Shown here piece by piece: positions 11,700 through 22,630 of a stretch of 64,000 nt of DNA (positions within the stretch are counted from its first letter, which is position 1; every line of letters starts with the position of its first letter). The position numbers and the translations under genes are program-made. The DNA is from Schmidtea nova. Its lineage: Eukaryota. The DNA is taken from contig CM097882.1 of the NCBI GenBank assembly GCA_044892505.1, positions 204,042,001-204,106,000 on the forward strand. The letters run 5' to 3'. Below the pieces are notes generated by a model. That model had not been told where the DNA came from. It saw nothing but the letters and a program-made list of their open reading frames with translations, and ran no database searches.

Positions 11700-14549
11700 T
11701 GTTCTGTCACTATGACAAATACATGAAAAGTTATTATACTATTGAGATAATCACACATATTATTCTTAAATTATAGTACAAATATATCAAAAATATATGA
11801 AATATACATTACATACTTGAAATATTATCACAAAGTATCATTACATACATGAAATAACATTATACTATTGTGCAAATTACATACAAAATATCATCATACT
11901 GCAATTACATCGAAAATCACCAAAATTATACACAAAATATGAAAAGTACATAGAAATTCGTCACATATAAAAACATTACATATATGAACTATTATCAAAA
12001 ATACATACAAAATACATATAAATTTATCACACACGTACAAAATATCACCATACTATAGTGAATAAATATACATACAAAATGTCTGAAATACAAACATACA
12101 TAAAATATCATCTTACTATAGTTTGATAACATAGAAATACATGAAATATCCTCAAAATACAGAAACTTTCACAGATATATCGATTCATCATACAAAATAT
12201 CATATATATATAAGAAATATCTTTACAGATTATCACATGCATGAAATATTATTATAGTGCAAATTACATAGAAAATAGCAAAGATACATGAAATATCATC
12301 ACAAAATACACATAAAATTATAGGAAATTTTCACACATTAGAAATTATAATAATATTATCACGCCAGTACAAAATTATACAGAATATTATCACATTGAAC
12401 AAAAGCTTATCATATATATGAAATATTATTATACTTTTATGTAAACTACAAAGAAAAATACAAACATATACACAAAATATTATCACATTATAGTGTCTAA
12501 ACATTGCAAATACTCACAAAATATGTGAAATATGACCATAAAATATCAAAGAATCACAAAGAAAATATATAAAAGATTATCATATTTTTGTTTGATAACA
12601 TAAAAATACATTGAAATACATAAAAAATTATTAAAATGCATACAAGTATCATTACATACATGAAATATCATTACACAAAATGTTATAACGCATGAAATAT
12701 TACCATACAAAATATCAAAAGTACATAGAAATAAATCCTATACACAAAGGATATCATTACATATATGAAATATCATCATACTTTAATACAAATACAGATA
12801 AAATATTATCATGCTATATTAAAATAGAAATATCATACATACATACATACATATGAAAAGTGGTCATGTTATAGTCAGTCAAATGCATGAATTATTATCA
12901 TACTAGTGTAAAAATACATATATAATATCAAAAAATGTATCATACATACAAAGGATATCATCACAAAGTATCAATACATACATTAAATATCATCACACTA
13001 TAGTACAATTAAATAGATAATCATCAAAATATACAGAAATTAATCAAATTCACAACAATAATCATTAAAGAAATATCTACTTACTTGTGCAATTACATAA
13101 TAAATATACAGAAATACAAAAATTATATGAAATATCATCACAAATATCAACACATATGAAATATTATCATACATACACAAAGAATATAATAACATATTTA
13201 GAAAATTATCACATACAAAATATCAAAAGTCCATTACACATACAAAATATAATTTAACAGTAATAAATGTTTAACTAATGAGCTTTTGCACATAAAAACC
13301 ATCACAGAATAGGTTCTGCTACTAGGGTTCTGTTCGCAATGTTCTGCTAGCAATGTTCTGCTACTGAATAAATTTGATGAAAATGTAACAATGTATTATG
13401 AATGGAAATAAATCTTTCAATCATTACAGTAAATTCTACTTTAAAATGAGGTTGAATGCATGAAATGTCATTATTCTATAGTGCAAATACATGAAATCCT
13501 CTTTAGATACATGACTTTAGATGCATCAAATATTATCTTACTATAGTTTGATAACATAGAAAAAATAAATAGAAATCATCAAAATTATACAAAATATTAA
13601 AATAAAATTATTAAATAAAATATCATCATAAAGTACATAGAAAATCATCACAAATACACAGAAATTCATCAAATTCACAACAATAATCATTAAAGAAATA
13701 TCTACGTACTAGTGTCATTACATAAAAAATATCTGAAAATTTAAGATATATCATCACAAATATCAACACACATGAAATATTATCATATACAAAGGATATA
13801 ATCACATACAAAGGTTCATTACACATACAAAATATAATATATCAACATACCTTAATGTAACAGTAATAATTGTTCAAGTAATGAGCTGTTGCACATAAAA
13901 ACCATCACAAAAGATGTTCTGATACTAGGGTTCTGCTACTAAATGTTCTGCTAGTCATGTACTGCTACTGTATAAAATTAATGAAAGTTATATGAATGGA
14001 AATAAAACTTTCATCATACTAAAGTGCAAATACATTAAAATATTCACAAAATGATATTAGATGCATCAAATATTATCTTACTATAGTTTGATAACATATT
14101 AAAAATAGATCATTTGAAATGTCATCACAAAATACATAGATATTCATGTACAAAATATCACAAAATATCACAAATACAATAGAAATACATATCAAATATA
14201 TATGAAATGTCATCACAAAGTATCATTAAATATATGAAATGTCATCACAAAGTATCATTAAATATATGAAATATCATAATTCTACAGCGTAATTACAAGA
14301 AAATCTCCACAAAATATCACAAATACAATAAAATTCATCAAAAATACATAGCAATTCATCAAACAACAAATATTCACATAATAATTCTCATTAAAAGTGT
14401 ATCAGTAAATGTAATATTCTTTCACAATTTTTCTGTTACATTGATCGAAGCTCATATGCTAATGATTGTTATTTTAGTATATGTGTGAATAATAATAAGC
14501 TTTTGCACATAAAAACCATCACAAAAGATGTTCTGTTACTAAAGGTTCT
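11700..14549 (+). repeat. G-poor, A/C/T-rich degenerate repeat tract with a ~600-bp internal duplication; mirrored at 15083-17930
   Basis: Recurrent aaatatcatcaca/catacaaaatat words; 12990-13400 resembles 13590-14000. Confidence 0.7.
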
Positions 14550-17500
14550 TTGTAATAGATATATACCAACTTTTATTACGTTGTGGTACTTTATAAATAT
14601 TTTACGTTGTGGTATTTTAAATTGTAAAATTTTATTTAGAACATGAATTTTGATAACCCGCATTGTTTTTTACAAGAAATTAAAACTATGATGTACAGTT
14701 TGATATTATTTTAATTTATTTATTTGCGCGTATTTCCAATAATAATTATTTTGTCACAAACTATATATTTCCAATCATTATTTTGTCACAAACTATATAT
14801 TTCCAATAACTATTTCATCATTTTATGATATTAATTTCATGCTAGCAGAACATTTCGAACAGAACCTTTAGAATCAGAACCTATTCTGTGATGGTTTTTA
14901 TCTGCCAAAGCTTATTACTCGAACATTTATTACAATTCATTCAGCATCATTTGTTCTAATATTTTCACCAATTAATATTTTCTCTATCGGTTTTCTTCAT
15001 TTTAATGTAGAATTTACTCTAACAATTTATTGTCACTCGTATAATTTTCATTAAATTTATCCACTAGCAAAACATTTCGGATAGAACCTTTAGTAACAGA
15101 ACATCTTTTGTGATGGTTTTTATGTGCAAAAGCTTATTATTATTCACACATATACTAAAATAACAATCATTAGCATATGAGCTTCGATCAATGTAACAGA
15201 AAAATTGTGAAAGAATATTACATTTACTGATACACTTTTAATGAGAATTATTATGTGAATATTTGTTGTTTGATGAATTGCTATGTATTTTTGATGAATT
15301 TTATTGTATTTGTGATATTTTGTGGAGATTTTCTTGTAATTACGCTGTAGAATTATGATATTTCATATATTTAATGATACTTTGTGATGACATTTCATAT
15401 ATTTAATGATACTTTGTGATGACATTTCATATATATTTGATATGTATTTCTATTGTATTTGTGATATTTTGTGATATTTTGTACATGAATATCTATGTAT
15501 TTTGTGATGACATTTCAAATGATCTATTTTTAATATGTTATCAAACTATAGTAAGATAATATTTGATGCATCTAATATCATTTTGTGAATATTTTAATGT
15601 ATTTGCACTATAGTATGATGATAGTTTTATTTCCATTCATATAACTTTCATTAATTTTATACAGTAGCAGAACATGACTAGCAGAACATTTAGTAGCAGA
15701 ACCCTAGTATCAGAACATCTTTTGTGATGGTTTTTATGTGCAACAGCTCATTACTTGAACAATTATTACTGTTACATTAAGGTATGTTGATATATTATAT
15801 TTTGTATGTGTAATGAACCTTTGTATGTGATTATATCCTTTGTATATGATAATATTTCATGTGTGTTGATATTTGTGATGATATATCTTAAATTTTCAGA
15901 TATTTTTTTTGTAATGACACTAGTACGTAGATATTTCTTTAATGATTATTGTTGTGAATTTGATGAATTTCTGTGTATTTTTGATGATTTTCTATGTACT
16001 TTATGATGATATTTTATTTAATAATTTTATTTTAATATTTTGTATAATTTTGATGATTTCTATTTATTTTTTCTATGTTATCAAACTATAGTAAGATAAT
16101 ATTTGATGCATCTAAAGTCATGTATCTAAAGAGTATTTCATGTATTTGCACTATAGAATAATGACATTTCATGCATTCAATCTCATTTTAAAGTAGAATT
16201 TACTGTAATGATTGAAAGATTTATTTCCATTCATAATACATTGTTACATTTTCATCAAATTTATTCAGTAGAAGAACATTGCTAGCAGAACATTGCGAAC
16301 AGAACCCTAGTAGCAGAACCTATTCTGTGATGGTTTTTATGTGCAAAAGCTCATTAGTTAAACATTTATTACTGTTAAATTATATTTTGTATGTGTAATG
16401 GACTTTTGATATTGTGTATGTGATAATTTTCTAAATATGTTATTATATTCTTTGTGTATGTATGATAATATTTCATGTGTTGATATTTGTGATGATATTT
16501 CATATAATTTTGGTATTTCTGTATATTTATTATGTAATTGCACAAGTAAGTAGATATTTCTTTAATGATTATTGTTGTGAATTTGATTAATTTCTGTATA
16601 TTTTGATGATTATCTATTTAATTGTACTATAGTGTGATGATATTTAATGTATGTATTGATACTTTGTGATGATATCCTTTGTATGTATGATACATTTTTT
16701 GATATTATATATGTATTTTTACACTAGTATGATAATAATTCATGCATTTGACTGACTATAACATGACCACTTTTCATATGTATGTATGTATGTATGATAT
16801 TTCTATTTTAATATAGCATGATAATATTTTGTCTGTATTTGTATTAAAGTATGATGATATTTCATATATGTAATGATATCCTTTGTGTATAGGATTTATT
16901 TCTATGTACTTTTGATATTTTGTATGGTAATATTTCATGCGTTATAACATTTTGTGTAATGATATTTCATGTATGTAATGATACTTGTATGCATTTTAAT
17001 AATTTTTTATGTATTTCAATGTATTTTTATGTTATCAAACAAAAATATGATAATCTTTTATATATTTTCTTTGTGATTCTTTGATATTTTATGGTCATAT
17101 TTCACATATTTTGTGAGTATTTGCAATGTTTTGACACTATAATGTGATAATATTTTGTGTATATGTTTGTATTTTTCTTTGTAGTTTACATAAAAGTATA
17201 ATAATATTTCATATATATGATAAGCTTTTGTTCAATGTGATAATATTCTGTATAATTTTGTACTGGCGTGATAATATTATTATAATTTCTAATGTGTGAA
17301 AATTTCCTATAATTTTATGTGTATTTTGTGATGATATTTCATGTATCTTTGCTATTTTCTATGTAATTTGCACTATAATAATATTTCATGCATGTGATAA
17401 TCTGTAAAGATATTTCTTATATATATATGATATTTTGTATGATGAATCGATATATCTGTGAAAGTTTCTGTATTTTGAGGATATTTCATGTATTTCTATG

Positions 17501-18294
17501 TTATCAAACTATAGTAAGATGATATTTTATGTATGTTTGTATTTCAGACATTTTGTATGTATATTTATTCACTATAGTATGGTGATATTTTGTACGTGTG
17601 TGATAAATTTATATGTATTTTGTATGTATTTTTGATAATAGTTCATATATGTAATGTTTTTATATGTGACGAATTTCTATGTACTTTTCATATTTTGTGT
17701 ATAATTTTGGTGATTTTCGATGTAATTGCAGTATGATGATATTTTGTATGTAATTTGCACAATAGTATAATGTTATTTCATGTATGTAATGATACTTTGT
17801 GATAATATTTCAAGTATGTAATGTATATTTCATATATTTTTGATATATTTGTACTATAATTTAAGAATAATATGTGTGATTATCTCAATAGTATAATAAC
17901 TTTTCATGTATTTGTCATAGTGACAGAACATTTAGTAGCAGAACATTGCGAGCAGAACCCTAGTAGCAGAACCTATTCTGTGATGGTTTTTTTGTGCAAA
18001 AGCTCATTACTTGAACATATTTCTAATAATAAATATACTGTTACCTAATTTTCAATGTCACTTATCATCATTTCAATGTAACAGTTTAGCAAAACTTTCA
18101 ATCATTGGTTGGTCAATAAAATGTTTGGTTATTAAATTGGTTGATTTTTGCAATATAAATACAACTTGTAAATAGTATTGATTGATGAAAATGAATAAAG
18201 AAACAAATAAAGAAACAAATAAAGTTAGTTTTAAAAATATATATATATATTTAAATTAATTATTTTAAACTAGGTTACAGATAATTTCATTACT

Positions 18295-18789
18295 TTGGAC
18301 AATTGGACCCAGTCCTTTTTAATACTTGATGACCTTTTAACATCGATTGAGAAATGCGATATCGACATTCTTTCAAAATTATTCAAATCCTTCAATAATA
18401 AATTAATAATTGGTTTAACAGAATCATTCGGATATGATAAATCCATGATGAAATTATCCAGTTTTATTATGATTCTTAATGATATCGATTCTACTGAATT
18501 CAATTTGAATACCATTTTCTGGTCATGTATGGAATTTCGACTTGGAAAATATCGTACTATTATTCGAACTTTCATGCTGAATGTGGATATTTTAGAGGTA
18601 AATGTAACCAAGAAATTGGAAGAAATCAAACAAAGATTTCTCACATGTTCAATATGTAATATCAATAGAGTTGGCATTTTATATTTACCTTGTGGACATG
18701 TCATTATTTGTTCAAAATGTTTAAAAAATATTGATAAGTGTGAGTCTTGTGGTATTAATATTGATGAATATCATGTGATATACATATAA
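18295..18789 (+). CDS. IAP-type RING finger protein; right-arm copy, identical translation
   Basis: Same 164-aa translation as 10843-11337. Confidence 0.75.
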   Translation: MDNWTQSFLILDDLLTSIEKCDIDILSKLFKSFNNKLIIGLTESFGYDKSMMKLSSFIMILNDIDSTEFNLNTIFWSCMEFRLGKYRTIIRTFMLNVDILEVNVTKKLEEIKQRFLTCSICNINRVGILYLPCGHVIICSKCLKNIDKCESCGINIDEYHVIYI

Positions 18790-18879
18790 TGTCGTACAAA
18801 AATATATGTATTTTCATTTAATTTATTTTTATCATTGGCTAAGAGAATGCATTTGTGATTAATAATTAGTCTTTTTTGA

Positions 18880-19053
18880 CATCTTGTCTTTGTTAACTTG
18901 GCTTGCAACTGCAATGTCTTTGTTAACTTGCATCTGTTTTGCAATGTCTTTGTTAATATTGCACATGAATTGCAGCGTCAAAATGGGTAGGAAAATTAAA
19001 ATATATTACGTTGTGGTAGTTTAATTATTTTATTTTGACATCTTGAAGGTTTG

Positions 19054-19096
<43 letters not shown>

Positions 19097-20640
19097 CTCA
19101 AATATCTTTCGCATGCTATTTATATAGTTTTAAAAAATTTTGAACCCTTGAATATTTTTGAATATTTTTGAATATATTTTATTAACTTGCATGTATGTCT
19201 TTGTTAACTTGTATCCACATTGCAATGTCTTTGTTAACTTGCATCTGTATTGCAATGTCTTTGTTTAGTTTGCATACGTGTTGCAATGTCTTTGTTTAGT
19301 TTGCACATGGATTGCAGTGTCAAAATGGGATTATTATTATTATTATTAATAAATTGCGTGTGTGTCTTTGTTAACCAGTATCTGTATTGCAATATCTTTG
19401 TTAAGATGTTTTGGCATTACAATGTCTTTGTTTAAAAAATTTTGAATCCNNNNNNNNNNNNNNNNNNNNNNNNNNNNNNNNNNNNNNNNNNNNNNNNNNN
19501 NNNNNNNNNNNNNNNNNNNNNNNNNNNNNNNNNNNNNNNNNNNNNNNNNNNNNNNNNNNNNNNNNNNNNNNNNNNNNNNNNNNNNNNNNNNNNNNNNNNN
19601 NNNNNNNNNNNNNNNNNNNNNNNNNNNNNNNNNNNNNNNNNNNNNNNNNNNNNNNNNNNNNNNNNNNNNNNNNNNNNNNNNNNNNNNNNATGTCTTTGTT
19701 AACTTGCATCTGTTTTGCAATGTCTTTGTTAACTTGCATCTGTATTGCAATGTCTTTGTTAATATTGCATATGTATTGCAATGTCTTTGTTAACTTGCAT
19801 ATGTATTGTTTTGGCATTNNNNNNNNNNNNNNNNNNNNNNNNNNNNNNNNNNNNNNNNNNNNNNNNNNNNNNNNNNNNNNNNNNNNNNNNNNNNNNNNNN
19901 NNNNNNNNNNNNNNNNNNNNNNNNNNNNNNNNNNNNNNNNNNNNNNNNNNNNNNNNNNNNNNNNNNNNNNNNNNNNNNNNNNNNNNNNNNNNNNNNNNNN
20001 NNNNNNNNNNNNNNNNNNNNNNNNNNNNNNNNNNNNNNNNNNNNNNNNNNNNNNNNNNNNNNNNNNNNNNNNTTACAATGTCTTTGTTAACTTGCATATG
20101 TATTGCAATGTCTTTGTTTAGTTATTTTGGCATTGAAATGTCTTTGTTAAGATGTTTTTGGTATTGAAATGTCTTTGTTTAGATGTTTTGGCAATGATAT
20201 GTCTTTGTTATGAAAAGATTCTATGTTTAGGAGTACATATATAATCTTTGAATTGTAATAAATGTTCGAGTAATAAACTTTGGCAGATAAAAACCATCAC
20301 AAAAGATGTTCTGATAGTAAATGTTCTGCTAGTAAATGTTCGTGTCTCTGTTTAGTTAATTTGGCATTGAAATGTCTTTGTTATGAAATTTGGCAATGAA
20401 ATGTCTTTGTTTAGTTTTTTGGCATTGAAATGTCTTTGTTATGAAATTTGGCAATGAAATGTCTTTGTTTAGTTTTTTGGCATTGAAATGTCTTTGTTAT
20501 GAAATTTGGTAATGAAATGTCTTTGTTATGAAATTTGTCAATGAAATGTCTTTGTTTTGTTTTTTGACATATAAATGTCTTTGTTATGAAATTTGGCAAT
20601 GAAATGTCTTTGTTTAGTTTTTTGGCATTGAAATGTCTTT
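18880..20640 (-). repeat. Mirror AACAAAGACAT array, two N-gaps
   Basis: atgtctttgtt cores; Ns at 19450-19689 and 19819-20072. Confidence 0.9.
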
Positions 20641-20789
20641 TTTTAATATTGCACATGGTTTTGCAATGTTTCTTGATGACTCTATTTGTGTTAAAAAATT
20701 TGTATTAAAAAAATTTGTGTTAAAAAAATTTGTGTTAAAAAAAATTTAAAAAAAAAAAATATTTGAACACATAACCACATGAATATGAC

Positions 20790-21011
20790 CACCATACTCA
20801 ACTTTCAATTACCTTTTGTTTGATACATATATTAAATAGTTCTGAACCTTGGACCCTTCAAGGGTCGACCACCCACCTTCAATAGTATGTCCATTAAACT
20901 CATTTATCAATTACCTTTTGTTTGATACATATATTACATAGTTTTAAAAATTTTGAACCTTGGACCCTTCGAGGGTTGACCATCATACTCAACTCTCAAT
21001 TACCTTTTGTT

Positions 21012-21066
<55 letters not shown>

Positions 21067-21531
21067 GGTTTGAAAAGATTTGAAGGTTTTTGACCCCTTG
21101 AAGGTTTAGCACCCACCATAGACCTTCGATGGTATGACCATTGTGTGCACATCTCAATTACCCTTTGTTTGATATATAACTTGTAATGTTTAAAATTTTT
21201 TGAAGGTTGAGCACCCCTTGAAGGTTTAGCACCCACCATAGACCTTCGAGGGTATGACCATTGTGTGCACATCTCAGTTACCTTTTGTTTGATATATTAC
21301 ACACAAGGTTTAAAAAACGTTGAATGTTTTGGACCCTTTGAAGGTTAAGCATCCACCATAGACCTTCGAGGGTATGACCATTGTGTGCACATCTCAGTTA
21401 CCTTTTGTTTGATATATTACACACAAGATTTAAAAAACGTTGAAGGTTTTGCACCCTTTGAAGGTTGAGCACCCACCATAGACCTTCGAGGGTATGACCA
21501 GCATAACTACCTCTCAAATACCTTTTGAATG

Positions 21532-21564
<33 letters not shown>

Positions 21565-22145
21565 GGTTTAAAAAAGGTTGAAGGTTTTGCACCCTTTGAA
21601 GGTTGAGCACCCAACATAGACCTTCAAATGTATGAACAACATACCTACCTCTTAAATACCTTTCGAATGATATATATATTATTAGGTTTAAAAAAGGTTG
21701 AAGGTTTTGCACCCTTTGAAGGTTGAGCACCCACCATAAACCTTCAAATGTATGAACTACATACCTACCTCTCAAATACCTTTCGAATAATATATATTAT
21801 TAGGTTTAAAAAAGGTTGAAGGTTTTGGACCCTTTGAAGGTTAAGCACCCACCATAGACCTTCGAGGGTATGACCAGCATACCTACCTCTCAAATACCTT
21901 TCGAATGATATATATATTATAAGGTTTAAAAAAGGTTGAAGGTTTTGCACCCTTTGAAGGTTGAGCACCCACCATAGACCTTCAAATGTATGAACAACAT
22001 ACCTACCTCTTAAATACCTTTCGAATGATATATATATTATAAGGTTTAAAAAAGGTTGAAGGTTTTGCACCCTTTGAAGGTTGAGCACCCACCATAAACC
22101 TTCAAATGTATGAACAACATACCTACCTCTCAAATACCTTTCGAA

Positions 22146-22226
<81 letters not shown>

Positions 22227-22630
22227 GGTTTGAAAAAGGTTGAAGGTTTTGCACCCTTTGAAGGTTGAGCACCCACCATAGACCTTCGAGGGTATGACCA
22301 GCATACCTACCTCTCAAATACCTTTCGAATGATATATATATTATAAGGATTAAAAAAAGTTGAAGGTTTTGGACCCTTTGAAGGTTAAGCACCCACCATA
22401 GACCTTCGAGGGTATGACCAGCATACCTACCTCTCAAATACCTTTCGAATGATATATATATATTATAAGGTTTAAAAAAGGTTGAAGGTTTTGCACCCTT
22501 TGAAGGTTGAAGGTTTTGCACCCTTTGAAGGTTAAAGACCCTCCATAAACCTTCGAAGGTATGACCATTGTATAGACCTCTCCAAGACCTTTCGAATGAT
22601 ACCCTTGTTTGAAGGTTTGACCTTATTTAA
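20790..22630 (-). repeat. Mirror copy of the ~120-bp minisatellite
   Basis: Reverse-complement units; variant order differs from the left arm. Confidence 0.95.

Larger units (their letters stand above)
6622..14549 (+). repeat. Left inverted arm (~7.9 kb)
   Basis: Module-by-module reverse complement of 15083-22864. Confidence 0.92.
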
